Source: an uncultured Bacteroidales bacterium (lineage in GTDB: Bacteria; Bacteroidota; Bacteroidia; Bacteroidales; Bacteroidaceae). From it: DNA of 64,000 nucleotides. Where the stretch lies: NCBI GenBank assembly GCA_902763885.1, contig CACWTU010000008.1, positions 66,427-130,426 of the forward strand, written 5' to 3'. A program made the position numbers and the translations under genes. Shown here in pieces: positions 19,439 to 27,756 of the stretch (position 1 is its first letter; every line of letters begins with the position of its first letter). A model generated the notes under the pieces. That model was given only the letters and a program-made list of their open reading frames with translations. It ran no database searches and had not been told where the DNA came from.

Positions 19439-19446
19439 CAAAGGTA
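19439..19446 (-). promoter_or_regulatory. candidate -7 promoter element TACCTTTG for the riboswitch-btuB transcript
   Basis: TAnnTTTG match just upstream of the riboswitch 5' end. Confidence 0.4.
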
Positions 19447-19492
19447 TATTTTTTTTATGAAAACAGCAGGATTCTATATCAATGACATTAGT

Positions 19493-20551
19493 TCAATCGA
19501 GCTTGAGGTCACCATTCTTGATCCAGCCGGCCTTACGCATCATCATGCCAAGGATGATGGTCAGTATGGCGGGGATGATTATGCTGATGGAGATCAGGTC
19601 AATCCAATCGGCTGCGGTGATGGCTGTGCGTGCGCCATCTGTTACCTCCTGCATCCAGCCTGTGTAAACGCCTATCGGACCCACAAGACCGCAGGTGCCC
19701 ATGCCCGATGCAATGGCGGGGCCGTTCATCTCAAGCTTGAACAGGCAGGTTGCTATAGGGCCTGTTATGGCCGATACAAGGGTGGGGGCAATCCAGATCC
19801 TGGGATTCTTGACTATGTTGCCCATCTGGAGCATGCTGGTGCCAAGGCCCTGTGATATGATACCGTTCCAGCGGTTCTCACGGAAACTGAGAACTGCAAA
19901 TCCCACCATCTGGGCGCAGCATCCTGCAAGTGCGGCACCTCCGGCCAGGCCGGTCAGGCTCAGCGCGGCACAGATAGCGGCCGAACTGATAGGCAATGTG
20001 AGTGCCATACCAACTATTACTGAAACCAGGATACCCATCAGGAACGGCTGCTTGGTGGTGGCCCACATGATTACCTCTCCTAAACTGCTGGCGGCAGAAC
20101 CGATTCCGGGTGCCCACCAATATGAGAGTCCTATGCCGACTGCAATGGTTACCAGCGGTGTTACAAGAATATCAATCTTGGTCTCTTTTGATATGGCCTT
20201 GCCGAACTCTGATGCAAAGATGGTCACAACATAAACTGCAAGCGGACCTCCTGCACCGCCCAGTTTGTTGGCTGCGGCACCTACTGCCAGCATGGAGAAC
20301 AGCACCAGATTGGGTGTACCCAGTGCGAATGCGATTGATGCGGCCATAGCCGGGCCGGCCATGCTCTTGGCAAATCCGCCTATGTCAACTAGCCACTGCA
20401 AGCCTGTCTGCTCACCTATAGTAGCAATGATTGTACCTATCAGAAGTGATGCAAAAAGGCCTTGCGCCATAGCGCCAAGCGCATCAACACCGTAGCGCTT
20501 ACCGGACACTACAATGTTTTTTCTCTCTAAGAATGATTTGAACTTTCCCAT
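19493..20551 (-). CDS. PTS EIIC-like (PTS_EIIC_2-type) integral membrane permease
   Basis: 352 aa, highly hydrophobic and G/A-rich multi-pass protein. The N-terminus MGKFKSFLERKNIVVSGKRYGVDALGAMAQGLFASLLIGTII is typical of the stand-alone EIIC-like family seen in Bacteroidales. Confidence 0.6.
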   Translation of the reverse strand: MGKFKSFLERKNIVVSGKRYGVDALGAMAQGLFASLLIGTIIATIGEQTGLQWLVDIGGFAKSMAGPAMAASIAFALGTPNLVLFSMLAVGAAANKLGGAGGPLAVYVVTIFASEFGKAISKETKIDILVTPLVTIAVGIGLSYWWAPGIGSAASSLGEVIMWATTKQPFLMGILVSVIVGMALTLPISSAAICAALSLTGLAGGAALAGCCAQMVGFAVLSFRENRWNGIISQGLGTSMLQMGNIVKNPRIWIAPTLVSAITGPIATCLFKLEMNGPAIASGMGTCGLVGPIGVYTGWMQEVTDGARTAITAADWIDLISISIIIPAILTIILGMMMRKAGWIKNGDLKLD

Positions 20552-20559
20552 AACGGCTG

Positions 20560-20567
20560 CAAAGATA
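20560..20567 (-). promoter_or_regulatory. candidate -7 promoter element TATCTTTG
   Basis: TAnnTTTG match 8 nt upstream of the EIIC-like ATG. Confidence 0.3.
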
Positions 20568-20605
20568 GTGCAAGCTGAGAGGAGAAAAAAGGAGTTTGCT
20601 CATTT

Positions 20606-22933
20606 TTATGGTATAGGCCAGACTGTGGTCTTGGTGCATCTTACCGGTACTGACAGACGGCCTGCCCTGATGAGGAAATCACCCTCCTCAAGCATCCACT
20701 GGCTACCGTCGGCGCTTACAAATGCCAGGTCACGGGCTTTCAGGCTGAATGTGACGGTGCGGCTCTCACCCGGTTTCAACTCAATCTTGGTGAAATCACG
20801 CAGACGCTTGTTGTCCGGTATGACCGATGCAACCAGATCACTGGTATAGAGCAGAACGGCCTCCTTACCGGCTAATGAACCGGTGTTCCTGACATCGACC
20901 GATACGGTCAGTACATCATCCGATGTGAATTCATTGCGGTCCACTTTAAGGTTGGAGTAATCAAATGTGGTGTAACTGAGACCATAGCCGAAGGGCCACA
21001 GCAAAGATACCTTGGCATCATAGTTATAGGCGCCCTGCATGGTGCCCACCTCCTCGCTCATCTTGTAATCGTAGTTGGCCAGAGAGTTGATCTCACGCGG
21101 ATAGGTGTAAGGCATCCTGGCTGAGAAATTGGCATCGCCGGCAATAAGGTCAACCAGTGCATCGGCACCATAGTTACCTGGCAGGAATATGTCAATGATT
21201 GCCTTGGCGAGTGGTTCTATGTCAGTGATCAGGCGGGGACGGCCTTCATTGAGTACCAGGATTACCGGCTTGCCGGTGGAGGCGAGTGCCTTGACCAGAT
21301 TCCGCTGGTTCTCAGACAGCCACAGGTCTGTCAGGTTGCCGGGAGTCTCGCAGTAGCTGTTTTCACCGATGCAGGCTACAATGACATCGGCCTTACTGGC
21401 AGCGGCAACGGCTTTGTCAATCTCCGGGCGGTTTTCCATATAGTATTCACCGCGTTCATTATAGCTGACACCCTTCTCAAGGATGATGTTTTCAGCTCCG
21501 AACTTATTGCAGAATGCCTCATAGATGGTGTTGTATGGAGCGGTTATGTCCTCGTTGCCGGATCCCTGCCAACTGTAGCTCCATCCTCCGTCCAGACAGC
21601 GCATTTGATTGGCGTTAGGGCCGGTAATGAGAATCTTGGTATTCTTGGCAAGCGGCAGTATCCCGTTCTCGTTCTTAAGGAGGACCTCACTCTCAAGCGC
21701 TGTGGTATATGCCTTTTGCTCAAACTCCTTTGATGCGAACTTTTCATATCCCTGGGCACCGGTATTGGGGGTCTCAAACAGTCCCAGACGGTACTTGAGA
21801 CGCAGGATGCGGCTTACGGCATCGTTAATACGCTCCATGCTTACCTTTCCTTCTTCAACCAGTTCCTTGAGATATATGCAGAAATCCACACTGTATGGAT
21901 CCATGCTCATGTCGATACCTGCGTTTACGGCTATACGGATGGCGTCTTTCTTATCGACGGCAACTTTCTCACGGGTGTAGAGGTTGTTGATATCGGACCA
22001 GTCAGTGACAATCATTCCGTCCCAGTTCAGATCTTCCTTGAGCCACTTGGTAAGGTACTCGTAACTGGCGTGTACAGGCACTCCGTTTATGCTGCTGGAG
22101 TTGACCATAACGCTCAGAGCACCGGCCTCAATGGCGGCTTTGAATGGTGCAAAATACTTCTCGCGGAGCATGGCGGGAGATATGTACGCAGGAGTGCGGT
22201 CCTTACCGGTGAAGGGAGCTCCGTATGCAAAGTAGTGCTTTACACATGCTGCTACATTATAGGGTCCCAGATGGTTGGGATCAGCGCCCTGATAACCCAG
22301 GATCTCTTTCTCAACCATACGTGAGTTTACTATTGCGTCCTCACCGAAACTCTCATATATACGTGGCCAGCGCGGATCGCGGCCCAGGTCCAGAACAGGA
22401 TTGAATACCCATGGACAGTTGGCGGTGCGGCTCTCATATGCGGTCACTTGGCCCATCTCAAATGCCAGGTCCGTATTGAAGGTGGCAGCCAGGTTGATGG
22501 GCTGGGGGAATATGACTGAACCGCTCACGTATGAGGCGCCGTGATTCTGGTCAAGTCCGTATATGCATGGAATGCCTATGGTTTCAAGTGATTTCTTCTG
22601 TATGTCACTGATAATCCTGTACCAGTGCTCTGCCTTGACGGCACGTCCCGGTGTGTTGAGAACCGAGCCGGTACGATACTTGCCTATGAGTGAATCCATT
22701 ATGGTTTCATTGACGGCAAATGAGGCTTCACCGAATCTGGCCGATCCCATGGTGCTGAGCTCCAGCTGGAGCATCTGCCCGATCTTGTCATCCAATGTCA
22801 TCTTGGAGAGTTGTGACTTGATTTTCTTCTCAATGGCGGCATCGCGGGGGATGGAGGGCTCATGCTTGCTGACTGACTTGCCGCAACCGGCCATGATACC
22901 CAATGCCAAAAGTATTAAGGTAAGTTTTCTCAT
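20606..22933 (-). CDS. glycoside hydrolase family 3 beta-glucosidase (BglX-like), lipoprotein
   Basis: ORF 20606..23338, trimmed to MRKLTLILLALGIMAGCGKS (lipobox) at 22933. Motifs: DPRWPRIYESFGEDA, MIVTDWSDI (nucleotide-like nucleophile Asp region), FGYGLSYTTF. Confidence 0.85.
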   Translation of the reverse strand: MRKLTLILLALGIMAGCGKSVSKHEPSIPRDAAIEKKIKSQLSKMTLDDKIGQMLQLELSTMGSARFGEASFAVNETIMDSLIGKYRTGSVLNTPGRAVKAEHWYRIISDIQKKSLETIGIPCIYGLDQNHGASYVSGSVIFPQPINLAATFNTDLAFEMGQVTAYESRTANCPWVFNPVLDLGRDPRWPRIYESFGEDAIVNSRMVEKEILGYQGADPNHLGPYNVAACVKHYFAYGAPFTGKDRTPAYISPAMLREKYFAPFKAAIEAGALSVMVNSSSINGVPVHASYEYLTKWLKEDLNWDGMIVTDWSDINNLYTREKVAVDKKDAIRIAVNAGIDMSMDPYSVDFCIYLKELVEEGKVSMERINDAVSRILRLKYRLGLFETPNTGAQGYEKFASKEFEQKAYTTALESEVLLKNENGILPLAKNTKILITGPNANQMRCLDGGWSYSWQGSGNEDITAPYNTIYEAFCNKFGAENIILEKGVSYNERGEYYMENRPEIDKAVAAASKADVIVACIGENSYCETPGNLTDLWLSENQRNLVKALASTGKPVILVLNEGRPRLITDIEPLAKAIIDIFLPGNYGADALVDLIAGDANFSARMPYTYPREINSLANYDYKMSEEVGTMQGAYNYDAKVSLLWPFGYGLSYTTFDYSNLKVDRNEFTSDDVLTVSVDVRNTGSLAGKEAVLLYTSDLVASVIPDNKRLRDFTKIELKPGESRTVTFSLKARDLAFVSADGSQWMLEEGDFLIRAGRLSVPVRCTKTTVWPIP

Positions 22934-22965
22934 AAACAATAAGGTTTTTTGCAAAGATAAAAAAA

Positions 22966-22996
22966 TGGCACAAAAGGGACAGTCCCTAATGTGCCA
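22966..22996. terminator. palindromic element tggcacaaaagggacagtccctaatgtgcca with T-runs on both strands
   Basis: Lies between the rpsP stop (23019) and the GH3 start (22933). Same core as the other GGGAC-N-GTCCC elements. Confidence 0.65.
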
Positions 22997-23018
22997 TTTT
23001 TGGTTTGTAGATAGAGAA

Positions 23019-23597
23019 TTAAGCCTCAGCGGGTGCTTCCTCAGCTGCGGGAGCCTCCTCAGCGGGAGCCTCTGTAGCTTCAGCTGCTGCCTCCTGGGCT
23101 GCTGCCTCAGCGGCTGCTGCTTCAGCTGCGGCCTTAGCCTCAGCCTTCTTGGTAGCCACCTTCTCAGCGATAGCTTCGTTAACCTTCTTCTCTGCTTCAA
23201 GCTTAGCCTTGGTCTGATCGCGCTTAGCCTGCTCATCCTTAACGGTGATAGCCTTGAGTGCACTCTCCTTAGCCTGCTTCCAGGCATCAAACTTAGCCTG
23301 AGCTGCTGCCTCATCAAAAGCGCCCTTCTTGACGCCACCCTTGAGGTGCTTCATCAGGTACACGCCCTCACGTGAGAGGATGTTGCGTGCAGTGTCGGTG
23401 GGCTGTGCGCCAACCATTACCCAATACAGGGCTCTTTCGAAGTTCAAATCTACTGTAGCGGGATTGGTGTTAGGATTGTAGGTACCAATCTTCTCAATAA
23501 ACTTTCCATCACGTGGAGCTCTGGAGTCTGCAATTACGATTGAATAGAAGGCATAACCTTTGTGGCCTTTTCTCTGCAATCTGATTTTTGCTGCCAT
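23019..23597 (-). CDS. rpsP: 30S ribosomal protein S16 with A/E/K-rich C-terminal extension
   Basis: [42 protein letters not shown] is the canonical S16 N-terminus. The ~100-aa low-complexity tail is usual in Bacteroidota. Confidence 0.92.
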   Translation of the reverse strand: MAAKIRLQRKGHKGYAFYSIVIADSRAPRDGKFIEKIGTYNPNTNPATVDLNFERALYWVMVGAQPTDTARNILSREGVYLMKHLKGGVKKGAFDEAAAQAKFDAWKQAKESALKAITVKDEQAKRDQTKAKLEAEKKVNEAIAEKVATKKAEAKAAAEAAAAEAAAQEAAAEATEAPAEEAPAAEEAPAEA

Positions 23598-23640
23598 AAG
23601 TTGTTGTTTTTATTGAATTTATAAATGATTTGAATAGCCG

Positions 23641-26214
23641 TTATCCCGTAACGGCGGCGCAAAGGTAGCCGTCAGTTGCCTCGTCATAGAAGCTGAAAGC
23701 ATCCTTGTTGATCTCAACCTTGACGGTCTTGGTCTGACCGGCAGGTATGTTCACACGTGCAAAACCGGCCAAAGACTTGATGGGAGCACCTGCATCGTCA
23801 AGTGACTTTACGTAAACCTGTATAACCTCGTCACCGTCAAGGTTACCTGTATTGGTGACAGGAACAGAAATTGACAGGTTCTGCTTCTTGGCCTTGCCTG
23901 ATGTCTTGGCCTTGCCGTAGCTGAATGTGGTATAGCTCAGTCCATAACCGAAAGCATACAAGGGCTGTCCCTTGAAGTAACGGTAGGTGCGGTTGTTCAT
24001 TGAGTAGTCCTGGAAATCAGGAAGTTGGTCAGTTGATGCGTAGAAGGTAACCGGCAGACGTCCTGCGGGGTTGTAATTGCCGAACAGAACATCGCCAACG
24101 GCCTCACCGCAAGCCTGACCTCCGTACCATGCTTGGATAAGGGCGTCATACTTGCTCTCTACGTTTCCGAATCCCATGGCACTGCCTGATACGTTTACCA
24201 GGACGATGGGCTTGCCGGTTGCATCAAGTTCAGCCAGGAGCTGCTGCTGGATCTCTGGGAGCTCAATCTCTGAACGGTCATGACCTTCACCCTCGATGTC
24301 TGATGAGATACCGCTTACCATGATAATGACATCAGCCGGAGCAATTTTCTTTATAACGCTTGCAAAGTCAACCGGACCGCGGCTGTAGATATCGAATGAG
24401 AATGATGCTGAACGGGCCTCAGGCTGAACCAGGTCAATGTAGATATTGTAGGTCTTGCCCTCCTCAACATGGAATGTTGTCGATGCACCGCCACGGCCAC
24501 CGCCGAATCCGCCGAAACCGCCGCCGAAACCGCCACGGCCGCCGCCCTGACCTGCGTTCTTGGCGATGGTGTCACCGTTCAGGATGAAGTTGTAGCGTGA
24601 GCTTCCACGTACATTATAAACCATATCACCAGTGTAATCGGCTGTGAAACTGCCGGTGTATTTGGCTGAGAATCCTGTCATGTTTACACCGTCGGCCCAT
24701 GGGCAATCCTCATGTGCAAGGGCGGGGGATGTGGTGTTCAGGCTCAAAGGCTCGTCATAGTCAACCCTGGCTGCAACGGCACCGGTCCAGTCAAGAGAGT
24801 TGTAATACTCAGCGTGCAGACCCTTGCCGCCGTTTATCTCAGATACATAGTGCTTGGTGATATAAGGTACATTCAGGTCACAACCCTTCTCATAGATGAT
24901 CTTTGCATTAGGAGCGGCCTCACGGATACCGTCCAGGATGGTCTTGGTGTTGGCTGCTGAAGGATAACCGTTGTAGTTGCCCAGGATGACGCGTGCATCA
25001 TCGGCATTGGGGCCTACAACTGCTATTGTCATGTCCTTCTTCAAGGGCAGCAGGCTGTTCTTGTTCTTGAGCAGGACGATAGCCTCATGGGCTGCCTTGC
25101 TGGCAAGAGCGGTGTGGGCGGGACTGCTCAGGTCATCGAGACCCAGGTTAGCCCAGGGAAGATCCTCGGCCGGATCAAACATACCCAACTCAAAGCGGGC
25201 CTTGAGGATACGGCGAACGCTTACGTCAATATCGGCCTCAGTGATAAGACCCTTTGAGATGGCTTGGGTGAGTGAACGGTAGCTGGTACCGCACTCTATG
25301 TCTGCACCAGACAGAACGGCATCGGCCGATGCGCTTGCGGCATCCTCGTGCGTGCCATGCTGGCGGGCGTTGAAGAAGTCACCTATGGCACCGCAGTCAG
25401 TTACCACGAGACCCTTGAAACCCCACTTGTTGCGCAGGATGTCCTGCAGCAGGCGGTCGCTGGCGCAGCAGGGATCGCCCTCGTAACGGTGATATGCGCA
25501 CATTACCTCCTGAACGTTTCCGTCCTGAACCAGGCTCTTGAATGCCGGCAGGTAGGTCTCCCACAGGTCACGGCCCGATACGGTTACGTCAAACTGGTGA
25601 CGCAGGGGCTCGGGACCGCTGTGCACTGCGTAGTGCTTGGCGCATGAGTGAAGCTTCAGGTACTTGGAGTCATTGCCCTGCATACCCAGAACGGTCTGCG
25701 TACCCATTACCGAGTTCAGGTAGGGATCCTCGCCCGGAGTCTCCTGGCCGCGTCCCCAGCGGGGATCACGGAATATGTTCACGTTGGGGCACCAGAATGA
25801 GAGTCCGTTGTGCCAGATGCTTCCGTTAGGCTGTGTCACGCCCAACTGATGATGGTCAGTGGTGTTCCATACGGCGCGGGCCTCATCGGATACGGCGCTG
25901 TAAATCTCATACTGCTGTGGCGCATCAAAAGTTGCACCCAGGGCAATTACCTGCGGGAATACGGTTACGTCATCATAGCAGATTCCGTGGCAGGCCTCAT
26001 TCCACCAGTTGTAGGCAGGAATGTCAAGACGGTCCACTGAAATGGAACCGTTCATCATAAGGCCTATCTTCTCTTCAGGAGTAAGCAATGAAAGAAGGTT
26101 GTCCGTTCTTTCGTCAAATGACAGTTTTGGATTCTGGAACGGATACTCATAATTCTGGGCGCCGGCAGGGATGATTGCGGCGGCCATCATGCATAGAAAT
26201 GCGATCTTTTTCAT
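23641..26214 (-). CDS. glycoside hydrolase family 3 (beta-glucosidase/xylosidase) with PA14-like insert
   Basis: 857 aa with signal peptide MKKIAFLCMMAAAIIPAGAQ. Motifs: FRDPRWGRGQETPGEDP, LVVTDCGAI, FGYGLSYTTF. The PA14-like region (GLHAEYYNS...) contains a GGGRGGFGGGFGGFGGGRGG insert. Confidence 0.85.
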   Translation of the reverse strand: MKKIAFLCMMAAAIIPAGAQNYEYPFQNPKLSFDERTDNLLSLLTPEEKIGLMMNGSISVDRLDIPAYNWWNEACHGICYDDVTVFPQVIALGATFDAPQQYEIYSAVSDEARAVWNTTDHHQLGVTQPNGSIWHNGLSFWCPNVNIFRDPRWGRGQETPGEDPYLNSVMGTQTVLGMQGNDSKYLKLHSCAKHYAVHSGPEPLRHQFDVTVSGRDLWETYLPAFKSLVQDGNVQEVMCAYHRYEGDPCCASDRLLQDILRNKWGFKGLVVTDCGAIGDFFNARQHGTHEDAASASADAVLSGADIECGTSYRSLTQAISKGLITEADIDVSVRRILKARFELGMFDPAEDLPWANLGLDDLSSPAHTALASKAAHEAIVLLKNKNSLLPLKKDMTIAVVGPNADDARVILGNYNGYPSAANTKTILDGIREAAPNAKIIYEKGCDLNVPYITKHYVSEINGGKGLHAEYYNSLDWTGAVAARVDYDEPLSLNTTSPALAHEDCPWADGVNMTGFSAKYTGSFTADYTGDMVYNVRGSSRYNFILNGDTIAKNAGQGGGRGGFGGGFGGFGGGRGGASTTFHVEEGKTYNIYIDLVQPEARSASFSFDIYSRGPVDFASVIKKIAPADVIIMVSGISSDIEGEGHDRSEIELPEIQQQLLAELDATGKPIVLVNVSGSAMGFGNVESKYDALIQAWYGGQACGEAVGDVLFGNYNPAGRLPVTFYASTDQLPDFQDYSMNNRTYRYFKGQPLYAFGYGLSYTTFSYGKAKTSGKAKKQNLSISVPVTNTGNLDGDEVIQVYVKSLDDAGAPIKSLAGFARVNIPAGQTKTVKVEINKDAFSFYDEATDGYLCAAVTG

Positions 26215-26297
26215 AAGTTATAAGGTCAGTTATTTGTTTGGTTGCAGAATTTGGGAAGCCAAATATACGGATAGATTTTGAAAACACAAAAAGGGGA

Positions 26298-26398
26298 GGG
26301 GCACAAAGGGGACGGTTCTTTTTGTGCCCCTCTTCCTAGGAGAACTTTTGGGGTATCATCACATAGGGGCACAAAAAGAACCGTCCCCTTTGTGCCCC
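26298..26398. repeat. double palindromic element: two perfect 33-nt inverted copies, each itself a hairpin
   Basis: ggggcacaaaggggacggttctttttgtgcccc (26298-26330) and its exact reverse complement (26366-26398), separated by 35 nt. It lies in the divergent GH3/rseC promoter region. Confidence 0.85.
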
Positions 26399-26443
26399 AA
26401 ATAAAAAAATGGAATTAATGTATCGGGAAAAACGGAAAAGTTT

Positions 26444-26451
26444 TACATTTG
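26444..26451 (+). promoter_or_regulatory. candidate -7 promoter element TACATTTG for the rseC-rnf operon
   Basis: TAnnTTTG match 27 nt upstream of the rseC ATG. Confidence 0.4.
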
Positions 26452-26477
26452 TAGGGTAAATCTGTTCAGGAGCATTA

Positions 26478-26891
26478 ATGGCACAAGACATAAGGCATCA
26501 GGGTGTTGTCGATTCAATTGACGGTCAGTCCGTTATTGTACGCATTACCCAGTCATCGGCTTGTGGAGGGTGTCAGGCAAGGAACATTTGCCGTGCTGCC
26601 GAGTCAAAGGACAAGTTGGTTGAGGTGAGTTGCACTGATGCCGGCAGTTTTGGCGTGGGGCAGACGGTGACGGTGGCTGGTGCTGAAAGTCTGGGGCTGA
26701 AAGCCGTGACTTTTGCTTTTGGGCTGCCTCTGTTGCTTTTGTTGGCCGCACTTGTTACAGCAGTGGCGGTTGCGGGCAGCGAGAAGGTGGCGGCGATAGC
26801 GGCGCTAGGAGTGCTGGTTCCATATTATCTGGTGCTGTTCTTGCTTCGTGACAGGATAAAGAAGGATTTTCAATTCAGAATAATAGAGTAA
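26478..26891 (+). CDS. rseC: RseC/MucC-family (SoxR-reducing system) protein
   Basis: 137 aa with N-terminal GVVDSIDGQSVIVRITQSSACGGCQARNIC and two C-terminal TM helices. It takes the standard position ahead of rnfB. Confidence 0.75.
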   Translation: MAQDIRHQGVVDSIDGQSVIVRITQSSACGGCQARNICRAAESKDKLVEVSCTDAGSFGVGQTVTVAGAESLGLKAVTFAFGLPLLLLLAALVTAVAVAGSEKVAAIAALGVLVPYYLVLFLLRDRIKKDFQFRIIE

Positions 26892-26898
26892 ACAGGAT

Positions 26899-27750
26899 AT
26901 GACGTTTATTGTGACTGCCGTTCTTGTACTTGGCATTACCGGGCTTGTAATAGGTCTGGTGCTGTATGCCGTATCAAGAAAATTCAAGGTTGAGGAGGAC
27001 CCGAGAGTGGCCCGTATCATCGATCTCTTGCCAGGCGCCAATTGTGGCGGATGCGGATTCCCCGGATGTGCCGCTTTTGCCGAGGCTTGTGTAAAGAGTG
27101 AATCCATGGACGGGCTCAAGTGCTCAGCATGTAAGAAAGAGGTGATGCAGCAGGTTGCTGCCATAGCCGGCCATACTGTTGAGCTGGGAGTTGAGAAGAT
27201 AGCTGTTGTAAAGTGCAGCGGCTCGTGTGAGAACAGGCCCAAGACCGGCGTTTATGACGGTGCCTCAAGTTGTGCTGCGGCTGCCCTGATGAACGGAGGT
27301 GATACAGGCTGTTTTTGGGGCTGCCTGGGATGTGGTGACTGCGTTAAGGCTTGTAAGTTCGATGCCATAAAGATGGATCCTGAGACAGGCCTGCCGGTGG
27401 TGGATCAGGAAAAATGTACCGCATGCGGAGCCTGTGTCAAGGCCTGTCCTCGCAGCGTGATAGAACTGCGTAACCGCAACAAGATGGACCGCAGGGTATA
27501 TGTAAGCTGCGTCAACAAGGATAAGGGCCCCGTTGCCAAGAAGGCGTGTGCCGTAGCCTGCATAGGTTGCGGCAAGTGTGTCAAGGCCTGTGCGTTTGAG
27601 GCCATCACGCTTGAGAACAATCTGGCATACATAGATCCTGACAAGTGCCGCCTGTGCCGCAAGTGCGTTGACGAGTGCCCGCAGCATTCAATCCTGGCAG
27701 TGAACTTCCCGCCCAGGAAGGAGAAATCAGAACCAACAGATAATAATTAA
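26899..27750 (+). CDS. rnfB: Rnf electron transport complex subunit B
   Basis: N-terminal TM, LPGANCGGCGFPGCAAFAEAC motif, several CxxCxxCxxxCP ferredoxin motifs. Confidence 0.9.
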   Translation: MTFIVTAVLVLGITGLVIGLVLYAVSRKFKVEEDPRVARIIDLLPGANCGGCGFPGCAAFAEACVKSESMDGLKCSACKKEVMQQVAAIAGHTVELGVEKIAVVKCSGSCENRPKTGVYDGASSCAAAALMNGGDTGCFWGCLGCGDCVKACKFDAIKMDPETGLPVVDQEKCTACGACVKACPRSVIELRNRNKMDRRVYVSCVNKDKGPVAKKACAVACIGCGKCVKACAFEAITLENNLAYIDPDKCRLCRKCVDECPQHSILAVNFPPRKEKSEPTDNN

Positions 27751-27756
27751 GGTATT

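Noticed and set aside
23019-23330. Considered the A/E/K-rich C-terminal half of S16 to be a fused or separate gene.
   Set aside because: It is a continuous frame with no internal start signal. Long low-complexity S16 tails are normal in Bacteroidota.
20606-23338. The ORF track gives a 910-aa reading for the GH3 gene, with an Arg/Leu/Gln-rich N-terminal 135 aa that overlaps rpsP.
   Set aside because: The extension is the antisense translation of the low-complexity A/E/K tail of S16. A proper lipoprotein signal (MRKLTLILLALGIMAGC) starts at 22933, after a terminator-like palindrome, so the gene was trimmed.
3950-26214. Considered calling the three GH3 genes and the TonB-dependent receptor a polysaccharide utilisation locus.
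   Set aside because: No SusD-like gene follows the receptor. The receptor is preceded by a cobalamin riboswitch and followed by B12-type accessory genes. The GH3 genes are separated by unrelated housekeeping genes.
26298-26398. Considered an invertible (phase-variable) promoter because of the perfect 33-nt inverted repeats upstream of rnf.
   Set aside because: The segment between the repeats is only 35 nt and contains no TAnnTTTG box. No recombinase gene is nearby. Each arm is itself a hairpin of the same family seen at terminators. I report it as a repeat element instead.
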